The translations under genes and the position numbers were made by a program. From Opitutales bacterium (GTDB lineage: Bacteria > Verrucomicrobiota > Verrucomicrobiia > Opitutales > Oceanipulchritudinaceae), in NCBI GenBank assembly GCA_016932335.1, contig JAFGCZ010000001.1, positions 49,714 through 113,713 of the forward strand: a stretch of 64,000 bases of DNA, in the 5' to 3' direction. Every line of letters starts with the position of its first letter. The stretch's first letter is position 1. Positions 35,700 through 45,160 of the stretch are shown in pieces. The notes under the pieces were generated by a model. That model ran no database searches and had not been told where the DNA came from. It saw only the letters and a program-made list of their open reading frames with translations.

Positions 35700-37472
35700 A
35701 TGTCGAAAACGTTTATAGCAGATTGGCGCTTCTTTCTTTTGACCATAGCCATTGTTCTCGGCTTTGGTGGGATTCTTGCGCGCCTCAGCTATTTACATGT
35801 TATTCAAGCGGATGAGCTCTCAAGTATTGCCGAAGCACGCCGCCAGCGAGCAGAAATCCGCTATGCCCGCAGAGGTAATATCCTCGACTCTCGGGGCAAT
35901 ATCCTTGCCGCAACCCGTCCGGTTATTGAACTGGGGGTAGATCCTGTATCCATTAAACCGGAGGATTATGAGAAGATTCCTCGGTTGGCCCGCCTTTTAG
36001 ACTTGCCCGAGGAAACTATCAGCAATGCTTTCTCCAAAACATTTCGCATGAATTCCAATGGTGAAAAACGCCCGGTGCGTTGGATCCGTTTAAAGGAAGC
36101 CATCAGCGACAGTCAGTACGATCAGATCAAGGCTCTGCGGATTAAAGGCATTTACGGTAACCGCTCGTTTGAGCGTGTCTATCCAGGTGGCCTTCTGGCC
36201 TCCCATGTCCTTGGATTTATCAACAAGGAAAACGTGGCGGTTACTGGAGTGGAACGCTTCATGGACTTTTACCTGAGAGGGCAGGATGGTTATCTTGAGA
36301 CCGAGATCGATGGCTTGCGCCGCGAGCTGGCTCAATACCGCAGCAGAGAAATTGATGCCCGCAACGGCCTTAACGTTCGCTTGACTCTGGATTCTGTGGT
36401 TCAGGACATCGTGGAGACTGAGGTGCGTCGCCTCGTCGATGAATATCACCCGGATGGCATCAGCATCATTATCAGTCGCCCCCAAAGTGGCGATATTCTG
36501 GCCCTGGCAAATTATCCGTCTTTTGATCCAAATAAATTCTGGGACTTTGATGTCGACAGCATGCGCAACCGTGCGGTTACCGATGTTTATGAGCCCGGCT
36601 CCACTTTTAAAATTGTTCCGGCCAGTGCAGCACTGAATGAGGGATTGGTTCACCCCGAGACTCAGATCAACTGTGGTGTCAGTTCAGTGCAATACAACGG
36701 GCGCATTGTTCGCCTTCCCGCAGACGATCATCAACTCGGATCGGTTTCTGTTTCCGAGGTGGTTTCCCACTCCAGCAACAGGGGTGCCGCTCAATTGGGC
36801 ATGATTGTCGGTGATGACGCCTTTTATAACTATTGCCGGCTCTTTGGCTTTGGTGAAAAATCTGGCTATGGTCCTGGCGGTGAAGTTTCCGGTATCCTTC
36901 AACCCGTAAAAAATTGGGATGGATTGACTATTTCCCGCATGCCCATGGGGCACGCCATTGCCGTAACACCGATGCAGGTGCACATGGCTATGAGTACGAT
37001 TGCCAACGGTGGTGTGCTCATGAAACCCAGAATCATCACTCAGGTGGAAGATTCCAACGGGCAGGTTATCAGCGATTTTGAGGTAGATCCACGCCGTCGT
37101 GTCGTTTCGCAGGAAACCGCCAACGAAGTAGCAAGAATGCTCAGTGAAGTGGTTTCCGATGGAACGGCACGTTCGGCTGCTATTCCCGGGTTCAGTGTTG
37201 CCGGTAAAACCGGTACCGCCCAGAAAATCATCAACGGCCACTACTCACACCGTGAACACGTAGCTTCTTTTTCAGGATTTTTTCCCGCCGACAACCCTCA
37301 GGTTGTCATCACCGTTGTCGTGGACAATGCGCATCGCCCCAATGGAGGCATTGCCTATGGCGGCACTATTTCTGCCCCTGCTTTCCGCAATATTGGTCAG
37401 CAGCTGGTTCAATATTATGTAATGAGCCCATCAGCTCAAGCGCCATCGGCCAGCACCGTTGCCGTAAGATGA
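35700..37472 (+). CDS. ftsI: Class B penicillin-binding protein / peptidoglycan D,D-transpeptidase FtsI
   Basis: An N-terminal TM anchor is present. Transpeptidase motifs are STFK, SSN and KTGTA. Confidence 0.9.
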   Translation: MSKTFIADWRFFLLTIAIVLGFGGILARLSYLHVIQADELSSIAEARRQRAEIRYARRGNILDSRGNILAATRPVIELGVDPVSIKPEDYEKIPRLARLLDLPEETISNAFSKTFRMNSNGEKRPVRWIRLKEAISDSQYDQIKALRIKGIYGNRSFERVYPGGLLASHVLGFINKENVAVTGVERFMDFYLRGQDGYLETEIDGLRRELAQYRSREIDARNGLNVRLTLDSVVQDIVETEVRRLVDEYHPDGISIIISRPQSGDILALANYPSFDPNKFWDFDVDSMRNRAVTDVYEPGSTFKIVPASAALNEGLVHPETQINCGVSSVQYNGRIVRLPADDHQLGSVSVSEVVSHSSNRGAAQLGMIVGDDAFYNYCRLFGFGEKSGYGPGGEVSGILQPVKNWDGLTISRMPMGHAIAVTPMQVHMAMSTIANGGVLMKPRIITQVEDSNGQVISDFEVDPRRRVVSQETANEVARMLSEVVSDGTARSAAIPGFSVAGKTGTAQKIINGHYSHREHVASFSGFFPADNPQVVITVVVDNAHRPNGGIAYGGTISAPAFRNIGQQLVQYYVMSPSAQAPSASTVAVR

Positions 37473-39076
37473 ATCCTTCCACGTTATTCCCACATTCCCG
37501 ACTGCAGACAGAACGCTTTTCTACAGGGCGTTCCAGTGCGGTGGCTTCCGCATATTCCTTCCTTCTTCAGCAGACATCACGCCGACTCAGTATGAGCACT
37601 TCTCTTAAAACCCTTTTTGCCGGTATTCCGCTTCTTCGTTCCACGGGAAATCTGAATGCACCGGTTACTTCTATCTGCACCGACAGCCGTCGTGTTGCTC
37701 CGGGTTCTGTTTTTTTTGCCCTCAAGGGAAACAGAGTGAACGGCAATGATTATATCGACGAAGCTGTTATCCGCGGCGCCATCGCCGTTGTATCAGAAGA
37801 CGATGGAGGCGTTCCGCCACGCGCCGCATATTTGCGCGTAACAGATGCCAGAGAGACGCTTGCCCTGGTGGCATGCCGCTTTTATGGAAATCCTCAAGCA
37901 GATTTAAACTTGATTGGGGTTACTGGAACCAATGGGAAAACCACGGTCACTACCTTGTTGAAGTTTCTCCTGTCGGAGGAATCGACTCCGGTCGGTTTGC
38001 TGGGTACGGTTGCTTACGAGGTAGGCAAGCGCACGCTCCCGGCCAGCCGTACCACGCCTGATGCGGTGGACTTGCATGCCATGCTCGCTCAGATGAAGGA
38101 TGCCTCCTGCAAAACCGCCGTTATGGAAGTGTCCAGCCACGGGATTGATCAACACCGTGTCGCCGGTTTGGAATTTGATGTGGTCGCCTTTCTCAACTTG
38201 ACTCAAGATCACATCGATTACCACCGCACGATGGATGATTACTATTCCGTCAAGCGCAGACTCTTTACCGGCGAAACAGGATCCCTGCCCGAGCATGCCG
38301 TAATCAATTTGGACGATGTCTACGGACATCGTTTGCTGGGAGAATTGCCCGGAGATATTAGCCCGGTTACCTTTGGGGTTCATCCGGATGCGGCCTACCG
38401 TGCCGAAGAGATTACCCTTTTGCCGACAGGCAGCCGTTTTACTCTGGTTTATCCCGGTGGGCGTATGGAAGTCATTAGCCCTTTGCTGGGTGCCTATAAC
38501 GTCAGCAATGTATTGGCCGCTTTGGCTATTGCCGGCTGTCAGGGGAGAAACGTTTCTGCTTTGGTGCAGAAACTGATGCGTTTTGCCGGGGTTCCCGGGC
38601 GTATGGAAAAAGTCAGTGTCGGGCAATCTTTCAACGTACTGGTTGATTATGCCCATACAGACGATGCCCTGAAAAATGCCTTGCTCATGCTTCGGGATAT
38701 TACTCCGGGGCGCCTTTTGGTTGTCTTTGGCTGTGGTGGAAACCGCGATCGCGGTAAGCGCCCGCTGATGACCCGCGCGGTAACGGAACTCTGTGACCAC
38801 GCCTGGGCAACTGCCGATAATCCAAGAGGTGAGAGCGTGGATGCTATTTTTACCGATATGAAAACCGGTGTTAGCAACCCCGAGCGTATCACCTTCACCG
38901 AAGATCGCCGCTGGGCCATTCACCTGGCCTTGGAGGAAGCCCGGGAAGGCGATGCCGTACTGATTGCCGGTAAGGGGCATGAAACCTATCAGGAGTTTGC
39001 CGACACCGTAATCCCTTTTGACGACCGACAGGTCGCCCGTGAATTGCTCAACTTAAAACTGAACCCGCAGAACTGA
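37469..39076 (+). CDS. murE: UDP-MurNAc-L-Ala-D-Glu--2,6-diaminopimelate ligase MurE
   Basis: Motifs are TDSRRVAPGSVFFAL, GVTGTNGKTT, DYAHTPDAL-like (DYAHTDDAL) and the DNPR motif. The ATGA overlap with ftsI (37469-37472) supports this start. An alternative ATG at 37592 (MSTSLK) would remove a ~41-aa non-conserved leader. Confidence 0.9.
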   Translation: MNPSTLFPHSRLQTERFSTGRSSAVASAYSFLLQQTSRRLSMSTSLKTLFAGIPLLRSTGNLNAPVTSICTDSRRVAPGSVFFALKGNRVNGNDYIDEAVIRGAIAVVSEDDGGVPPRAAYLRVTDARETLALVACRFYGNPQADLNLIGVTGTNGKTTVTTLLKFLLSEESTPVGLLGTVAYEVGKRTLPASRTTPDAVDLHAMLAQMKDASCKTAVMEVSSHGIDQHRVAGLEFDVVAFLNLTQDHIDYHRTMDDYYSVKRRLFTGETGSLPEHAVINLDDVYGHRLLGELPGDISPVTFGVHPDAAYRAEEITLLPTGSRFTLVYPGGRMEVISPLLGAYNVSNVLAALAIAGCQGRNVSALVQKLMRFAGVPGRMEKVSVGQSFNVLVDYAHTDDALKNALLMLRDITPGRLLVVFGCGGNRDRGKRPLMTRAVTELCDHAWATADNPRGESVDAIFTDMKTGVSNPERITFTEDRRWAIHLALEEAREGDAVLIAGKGHETYQEFADTVIPFDDRQVARELLNLKLNPQN

Positions 39077-39077
39077 A

Positions 39078-40514
39078 CTGAACTCGCGCAAGCACAACCC
39101 TGCGTTTACCCCGGAAAATCTCAGTGATTGGAGTCAAGGCCAATGGCTGGGCCGGCTTCCTGCGTCTATCAGCGGATTTGTTCACGATTCCCGCAAGGTT
39201 GCCGCCGGAGACTGTTTTGTGGCGCTGACCTCGGAACGCGACGGTCACGATTTTCTTTCAGCGGCTAAAGCGGCTGGCGCTTCCTGCGCATTGGTCTCGC
39301 GCCATTGTCCGGAGATCGACTTTCCACAGCTTTTGGTTTCCGATACCCTGAAGGGGTTGCAGCAGATTGCGAAAGCTTACCGGAAGCTTTTTCGGGGAAA
39401 ACTGATCGCCATTACCGGTAGCTGTGGCAAAACCTCAACTAAAGATTTGTTGGCCGGTTTGTTGGGCGATTCGCATGTGCATAAAACGCAGGGAAATCTC
39501 AACAACCACATCGGTGTTCCATTGAGCATTCTTTCTCTGGATCTGCAGCAGCACCATTTCTCAGTCCTTGAGGCAGGCATTAACCACCCCGGAGAGATGC
39601 AGGTGCTGGCAGATATAATTTGCCCGGACAGTGCGGTGGTCACCAATGTGGCATCTGCCCATTTAGAAGGGCTTGGCTCTGAGGAAACCGTTGCCGGAGA
39701 AAAAGCAAAACTGCTCGAAGCCGTCGCAGGTTCCGGTCGCTGCTATTTTCATGCGGATTGCCTCCGGTATAAGCCTTTTGAGCGCCTTGCCCTCAGGTCA
39801 ACGGTCATCACGCAGCAGACGGGTAAGCATGCGCCTGACTCTTTCTACGAAACTATAGAATATCGAAACGAATCGTTACGTGTTAGTTCGAACACGGGTC
39901 GCCGGATCGCTCTCCGGCGGCCTGTGGGTCCATTTTCCTATTTCCACATCCGCTCACTTTCTGAAGGTATGCTGATGAACGTAGCGTTGGCAGTGGCCAT
40001 TGCTCAGGATTGCGGCGTGTCTGATTCCGATATCCAGCTGCGGCTGTTGCGTTGGATTCCGGGAAATTTGCGTGGTACGGTGATTTCTGAGGGCAGCACT
40101 CGCTACTACGTGGATTGCTACAATGCTAACCCTGTGTCCATGGCGGATACCATAGAGTATTTTGCCAGCGAGTTTTCCGAAACTCCCTGCGTTTATGTAC
40201 TGGCGGGAATGAGAGAGCTTGGAGTGCACTCTGCTGAGTTACATCGGCAGGTTGGTCACAAAATGCGCTTGCGCCCTGAGGACCGCGTTTACCTTTTGGG
40301 AAATGATGCCGAAGCCTTTGCTCAGGGTATTATTGAAGCCGGTAATTCCTCTGGCGCTGTGCACCTCTGCGAATCGCTGGAACAACTCCGGGAGGCCTTG
40401 GTCCCTCTTAAATCCAAACCTCTTTCCATTCTTTTAAAAGGCAGCCGTTCCTATGCTCTGGAGCAGTTGCTGCCTTCCACGTCCCTATCCTCAACTGTAC
40501 AACACGCATGTTAA
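39078..40514 (+). CDS. murF: UDP-MurNAc-tripeptide--D-Ala-D-Ala ligase MurF, with a probable non-canonical (CTG) start
   Basis: Motifs are ITGSCGKTSTKD, GNLNNHIGVPL, EAGINHPGE and HLEGLGS. The conserved N-terminal segment WLG...VHDSRKVAAGDCFVAL is encoded at 39129-39227. That lies upstream of the first ATG/GTG/TTG (GTG 39219, which is the V of FVAL). The frame opens at 39063. Confidence 0.8.
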   Translation: MNSRKHNPAFTPENLSDWSQGQWLGRLPASISGFVHDSRKVAAGDCFVALTSERDGHDFLSAAKAAGASCALVSRHCPEIDFPQLLVSDTLKGLQQIAKAYRKLFRGKLIAITGSCGKTSTKDLLAGLLGDSHVHKTQGNLNNHIGVPLSILSLDLQQHHFSVLEAGINHPGEMQVLADIICPDSAVVTNVASAHLEGLGSEETVAGEKAKLLEAVAGSGRCYFHADCLRYKPFERLALRSTVITQQTGKHAPDSFYETIEYRNESLRVSSNTGRRIALRRPVGPFSYFHIRSLSEGMLMNVALAVAIAQDCGVSDSDIQLRLLRWIPGNLRGTVISEGSTRYYVDCYNANPVSMADTIEYFASEFSETPCVYVLAGMRELGVHSAELHRQVGHKMRLRPEDRVYLLGNDAEAFAQGIIEAGNSSGAVHLCESLEQLREALVPLKSKPLSILLKGSRSYALEQLLPSTSLSSTVQHAC

Positions 40515-41608
40515 GCTTCCTTGCAGATTACGAATCAGTCTTCAGCTTTCTGCGCCTTTTCCGCTATATCACATTCCGTAGCGCTATGGCCGCGTTGACT
40601 GCTTTGTCTCTGGGCTTCTTTTTAGGCCCCATTATTATTGCCAAATTACGCTCTTTCAAAGCAGCTCAAGCTTTCAGAGATGCTTCAGAAGTTGGCAAAC
40701 TGGCGGACTTGCACTCATCCAAAGTGGGCACCCCCACAATGGGAGGCTTTATTATCTTTTTCTCGGTAACGGTCTCGGTTCTCCTGTGGGCCAGACCCAA
40801 TGTTTACGTGATTACTGCATTGGTGGTTTACTCCGGCCTGACTTTTATTGGCTTTTTGGATGATTTTCTGAAAATTACCCGTAAGAAAAGCGGTGGCCTG
40901 AAGGGACGCTATAAACTGATTGGTCAGGCTCTGGTAACACTCGCGGCCATGTCATTGCTCTTGGCGGGCGATTCCAGTGCCCCGTTGATGAGAGAACTCT
41001 GGATCCCTTTCCGCTCCGACCCTCTCATTCCCCTCATGCCTGTGGTGATTATGGCTATTTTTCTCTTTTTTGTTCTCGCAGGATCTAGCAACGCTATCAA
41101 TATTACCGATGGAGTGGATGGACTGGCAGTGGGTTGTACCATTACGGTAGCCCTTGTCTACGGAATCATGTCCTATTCAGCCGGCAACTCGATCATTTCT
41201 GATTACCTCCTTATCCGTTATATTCCCGGAGTGGGGGAGCTTGCCGTTGTCTGTGCCTGCCTCGTGGCCGGCGGTTTGGCTTTTCTCTGGTACAATGCCC
41301 ATCCGGCCTCTGTCTTTATGGGCGACACCGGATCTCTGGCTCTCGGCGGCATTGTCGGCATTATCGCTTTTATGGTGCACCAACCCTTTACCCTGATTAT
41401 TGTTGGTGGTATCTTTGTAATTGAGATTGCCTCCGTCATGTTGCAGGTGGCATCTTTTAAATCCCGCGGAAAACGCATCTTCCGCATGGCCCCCATCCAT
41501 CATCACTTTGAACTGAAAGGATGGGCGGAAACTCAGGTGGTTATTCGCTTTTGGATCCTCTCCCTTATTTTTGCCATCATCGGCCTTGCTACCCTCAAAA
41601 TTCGATGA
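40508..41608 (+). CDS. mraY: Phospho-N-acetylmuramoyl-pentapeptide transferase MraY
   Basis: Motifs are GTPTMGG, NAINITDGVDGLA, FMGDTGSLALGG and MAPIHHHFE. The protein is polytopic. Confidence 0.95.
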   Translation: MLSFLADYESVFSFLRLFRYITFRSAMAALTALSLGFFLGPIIIAKLRSFKAAQAFRDASEVGKLADLHSSKVGTPTMGGFIIFFSVTVSVLLWARPNVYVITALVVYSGLTFIGFLDDFLKITRKKSGGLKGRYKLIGQALVTLAAMSLLLAGDSSAPLMRELWIPFRSDPLIPLMPVVIMAIFLFFVLAGSSNAINITDGVDGLAVGCTITVALVYGIMSYSAGNSIISDYLLIRYIPGVGELAVVCACLVAGGLAFLWYNAHPASVFMGDTGSLALGGIVGIIAFMVHQPFTLIIVGGIFVIEIASVMLQVASFKSRGKRIFRMAPIHHHFELKGWAETQVVIRFWILSLIFAIIGLATLKIR

Positions 41609-42906
41609 AACGCTCGGACCTCCCATCATATATGCTTGATCTGCTCAGCAAGCCTGTGGCCGTTTTCGGTTACGGTGTCAGCGGGCAGGCTGTGATTTCT
41701 CTGCTCGAACGCTTGGAGTGCCAGTGGGTTTGCTATGATGAGCGAGAAGGAGAACAGTCCACGCGGTCTTTCCCCGAGGTGGATGCCGCCAAGCACAATC
41801 TGGTTATTTACAGCCCGGGGTTTGATCCCCGCCACCGGTGGTTTGATGTGGCCCGAGGGAACGGTTGCACCGTAATGGCTGAAATGGAGTTTTCCGCGCG
41901 CCTCTGGCAGGGGCCTGTTATCGCGATTACCGGCACCAATGGCAAAACAACCATTTGTGATTTTCTGGCCTATGCCCTCAAGCGTTCCGGGCGCAACACC
42001 ATCGCCGTCGGCAACATCGGCTATCCTTTGTCCAAAGCAGTAGGGCTTCCCGAGTATGATTCGGTAACCGCCGTGGCCGAAGTCAGCTCCTTTCAGGCGG
42101 AAGGATTGGATCATTTTCGTGCCGATGCCCTCATCTGGAGCAATTTCAGCGAGGACCACCTGGACCGTTATAAATCCATGGAGGAGTATTTTGCTGCCAA
42201 ATGGCGCCTTGTTGAGCGCTTGCGTAAGCCCAATCTGGTAGTTGGGGAAAGTGTGGCCCTCTGGGCGGAAACCTTTGGTTATAAACTTCCCGAGTTTGCC
42301 CAGGTTATTTCTCCAGATTCTTTCAATCAGTGGGCGATGCCGCACGAGAGTGCCTTTCAGGCAAAACGCCAGGCTTATAACCTTTTGTTGATTCGACGCT
42401 TCTGGGAGCAGGAGAGCCTGCCGCAAACACTCTTACAGAGTGCGGCAGAGTCTTTCTCTCCCCGGGAGCACCGTTTACGGCTCATTTCCCGGGTTTCGGA
42501 TATTGCCTTCTGGAACGATTCCAAAGCCACCAATTTTGACTCTACCATCGGCGCTCTGGAGAACTTTGATGCTCAGGTGCTCTGGATTGGTGGTGGTAAA
42601 GACAGGGGAGGGGATATTGGCGTTTTTGCCGAGCAAATCGCCCCGAAAATCCGCTATGCTTTTCTCATTGGAGAAACTGCACCCAAGATGGTGGAATTCC
42701 TTGAAACATTCAACGTTCCCTGCTTCTGTTGCGTTTCGCTTGCAGAAGCTGTGGAAATGGCTCTTCAGAAAGCCCTGCCCGGAGAGAATGTGCTCTTCAG
42801 TCCCGGGTTTTCGAGCCAGGACTCTTTCCTCAGTTATGTGGAGCGAGGCACCGTTTTTGAGAACGCTGTCAACTCCTTGAAAATTTCCTATTCAAAAAAT
42901 CTCTGA
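41605..42906 (+). CDS. murD: UDP-MurNAc-L-Ala--D-Glu ligase MurD
   Basis: Motifs are VFGYGVSG and ITGTNGKTT, and the protein has the Mur ligase central and C-terminal domains. The ATG at 41605 overlaps the mraY stop (ATGA). The ORF-track extension to 41521 lies inside mraY and is rejected. Confidence 0.9.
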   Translation: MKRSDLPSYMLDLLSKPVAVFGYGVSGQAVISLLERLECQWVCYDEREGEQSTRSFPEVDAAKHNLVIYSPGFDPRHRWFDVARGNGCTVMAEMEFSARLWQGPVIAITGTNGKTTICDFLAYALKRSGRNTIAVGNIGYPLSKAVGLPEYDSVTAVAEVSSFQAEGLDHFRADALIWSNFSEDHLDRYKSMEEYFAAKWRLVERLRKPNLVVGESVALWAETFGYKLPEFAQVISPDSFNQWAMPHESAFQAKRQAYNLLLIRRFWEQESLPQTLLQSAAESFSPREHRLRLISRVSDIAFWNDSKATNFDSTIGALENFDAQVLWIGGGKDRGGDIGVFAEQIAPKIRYAFLIGETAPKMVEFLETFNVPCFCCVSLAEAVEMALQKALPGENVLFSPGFSSQDSFLSYVERGTVFENAVNSLKISYSKNL

Positions 42907-42925
42907 ACAACCAACAGCCACACAA

Positions 42926-43990
42926 ATGAAAATCCTTCGCGTATTTGGTCTAGTATTAGGCATTCATGTCGCAGCAATGGTTGTATTGCTGCTCCAACCG
43001 GGCTGCCAGTCCGCTCGAACCGAGCCTTCACCGGCTTCCACTGTATCCGTCGCTCCGATGGGAGATTCTGCCGGAGAGTTTGCTCCTCCAACGGCTCCTC
43101 CTCCCGGACGTTATGCTCCGATTCGCCCGGAAACAGATGATCTTTCTTCCGATATGGGCAACGATCCCTTCAATGCGGATCTCTCCCTGCTCGAACCGCT
43201 TAACGAAACCACACAAAGCACCTACAAAGTACAGCGCGGAGACAACCTTTCCAAGATTGCCCGCAGCAACGGTGTTTCGCTGGAAGCGCTGCTCGGCGCC
43301 AATGGTCTTTCCAAGACTTCCACCATTTATGTGGGCCAGGAGTTGATTATCCCGGCATCCTCCGGTGTGTCTGTTACCACCACGGACCTCAATGCTCCCG
43401 TTTCCTCAACCTATAAGGTGCAGCGTGGGGATACGCTTGGCGGTATTGCCCGCAAATACGGCATCAAAGTTAAGGACCTCAAGGCTATGAACGGTCTGAC
43501 CAAGGACACCATCTTTGTGGGTCAGACGCTGCAGGTGCCTGAAGCCGGTTCCATTTCTTCTGCTCCGGTCAAAACATCAGCTCCTTCTGCTACGGTTACT
43601 TCCAATGGTTCCACCTACAAGGTGCAGCGCGGAGATACATTGGGCGGTATTGCCCACCGCTACGGCGTCAAGGTCAAGGATCTCAAGGCTGTTAACGGCA
43701 TGACCAAGGATACTATTTACGTCGGTCAGACCCTCAAACTGCCTACCGGTGCTTCTTCTGCCAATGTTTCGGTAACTCCCAGCTCCAAGCCTAAGAGTGC
43801 TCCGACAACTGCTCCGGTGCAGAAGACCACTCAGCAGAGCAGCAGCCCCACTCCGATTCGCATCGAACCCGGCCAACCCGTGCAGCAGAACGACTCTTTC
43901 TCCGATCTGGAAAACCTCATTCCCGCTCAGGACGAAGAAATTCCTCTGATTCCCATCGACAGTGCCGATCCGGTAGAACTTGAATACTAA
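42926..43990 (+). CDS. Membrane-anchored protein with three LysM peptidoglycan-binding repeats
   Basis: The N-terminal TM segment is FGLVLGIHVAAMVVLLL. Three LysM units of the form STYKVQRGD(N/T)L..IA...G..(V/L)..L...NGL.K....VGQ.L..P are separated by Ser/Pro/Thr/Ala-rich linkers. The C-terminal tail is acidic. Confidence 0.85.
   Translation: MKILRVFGLVLGIHVAAMVVLLLQPGCQSARTEPSPASTVSVAPMGDSAGEFAPPTAPPPGRYAPIRPETDDLSSDMGNDPFNADLSLLEPLNETTQSTYKVQRGDNLSKIARSNGVSLEALLGANGLSKTSTIYVGQELIIPASSGVSVTTTDLNAPVSSTYKVQRGDTLGGIARKYGIKVKDLKAMNGLTKDTIFVGQTLQVPEAGSISSAPVKTSAPSATVTSNGSTYKVQRGDTLGGIAHRYGVKVKDLKAVNGMTKDTIYVGQTLKLPTGASSANVSVTPSSKPKSAPTTAPVQKTTQQSSSPTPIRIEPGQPVQQNDSFSDLENLIPAQDEEIPLIPIDSADPVELEY
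43406..43744 (+). repeat. Intragenic tandem duplication: LysM units 2 and 3 (about 80% identical at protein level; the DNA copies differ at many mostly synonymous positions)
   Basis: STYKVQRGDTLGGIARKYGIKVKDLKAMNGLTKDTIFVGQTLQVP (43406-43540) aligns with STYKVQRGDTLGGIAHRYGVKVKDLKAVNGMTKDTIYVGQTLKLP (43610-43744). Confidence 0.8.
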
Positions 43991-44010
43991 GTTTATTCCC
44001 AGACGATTGC

Positions 44011-45159
44011 GTGGAACACAGTAACAACCAGTGGATGGATATTCTCAGGAGGCGTGGCTCCGTCTGGCTTCTCCTGCTGATTGTGCTGTGCCTGATTCTC
44101 TTAAGTATTACCGTGCTCTACTCTGTAGGTCGTGCGGAGAGCAATGGAGCTTCTGTCTATGCCCGAAAGCAGATGCAGTGGCTGGTACCTGCCGGAATAG
44201 CGTTCTTTATTGCTCTGAAAATCAACTATGAAAAACTGCGGGCACTGGCTTGGCCCATCGGTATTCTTACCGTTTTGGCCTTGATCCTGGTGCTCATTCC
44301 CGGAATCGGAAAAGTCTCCAACGGCGCACGCCGTTGGGTAGACTTGGGTTTTCTCTCCATTCAGGTCTCCGACTTTGCCAAACTGGGCTATGTTTTTATC
44401 ATGGCCCACTATCTGGCAAGCATTCAGCGCCAAAGCGATTCCATTACAAAAGGCTTTCTTATTCCTGTATTTATGATTGCGCTGGCGTTTGGGCTGGTCT
44501 TGCTCGAACCAGATTACGGAACGGCTGCACTGTTGGCTGCCACCGGTGGAACAATGCTTTTTCTCTCCGGTTGTCGTATGTGCTATCTGGTGCCAACGGC
44601 CTTGTGCGGTATAAGTCTTTTTGCTGTTGCCATTTACAATAATCCGGTGCGTATGAAGCGCATTCTCTCCTTCCTCGATATTGAAGGTAATAAGGCCGAT
44701 GGCAGCTATCAACTCTATCAGGGGATTCTCGGATACGGTGTCGGAGGTATTGATGGAGTTGGCCTTGGCAATGGGCGTCAGCAAATGGCCTTCCTTCCGG
44801 AAGCACACACAGACTTTATCTTCCCCATTATCGGAGAGGAACTGGGCTTCATCTTTACCGGTGGGGTTGTGCTCGGTTTTCTCGCATTCTTCCTGCTTGT
44901 GGTCTGGCGCCTGCGTCAGGCGCCCGATATGTTCCAGTTTCTGTTGGTGGTAGGTGCCCTGATGCTGATCACCATCCAGGCCCTGTTTAATTTAGGCGTG
45001 GTCACCGGATGTCTTCCCACAAAAGGTATTTCGCTTCCGTTCATCAGTTATGGTGGATCCAATCTGGTGATTATGATGACCTTGGTCGGACTGATTTTGA
45101 ATCGTTTACTCTCCTGGGAACGGATCCCGTGGAGCAAGCAGCTGGAGGTTAAAGGCTGA
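44011..45159 (+). CDS. ftsW: SEDS-family peptidoglycan glycosyltransferase FtsW
   Basis: The protein is polytopic. SEDS motifs are QVSDFAKL, EPDYGTA, PEAHTDFIF and LPFISYGGS. The start is GTG 44011; ATG 44035 is an alternative. Confidence 0.9.
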   Translation: MEHSNNQWMDILRRRGSVWLLLLIVLCLILLSITVLYSVGRAESNGASVYARKQMQWLVPAGIAFFIALKINYEKLRALAWPIGILTVLALILVLIPGIGKVSNGARRWVDLGFLSIQVSDFAKLGYVFIMAHYLASIQRQSDSITKGFLIPVFMIALAFGLVLLEPDYGTAALLAATGGTMLFLSGCRMCYLVPTALCGISLFAVAIYNNPVRMKRILSFLDIEGNKADGSYQLYQGILGYGVGGIDGVGLGNGRQQMAFLPEAHTDFIFPIIGEELGFIFTGGVVLGFLAFFLLVVWRLRQAPDMFQFLLVVGALMLITIQALFNLGVVTGCLPTKGISLPFISYGGSNLVIMMTLVGLILNRLLSWERIPWSKQLEVKG

Positions 45160-45160
45160 T

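Noticed and set aside
37904-38980. A 358-aa minus-strand ORF inside murE
   Set aside because: It is antisense to a well-supported Mur ligase gene inside a tightly coupled plus-strand operon. No motif, start context or terminator supports it.
39068-39080. Programmed +1 frameshift at AAC-UGA fusing MurE to MurF
   Set aside because: The shift direction (+1) and an adjacent stop codon fit a prfB-like mechanism. However, the P-site codon AAC cannot re-pair in the +1 frame (ACU), and no upstream SD-like stimulator is visible. CTG or reinitiation-type starts, or a sequence error, are simpler explanations. It is kept as a minor alternative in the murF finding.
41626-42426. A 266-aa minus-strand ORF inside murD, with similar cases at 44101-44808 in ftsW and 49792-50538 in ftsQ
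   Set aside because: The reasoning is the same as above: these are antisense shadow ORFs within the dcw operon and have no recognisable domains.
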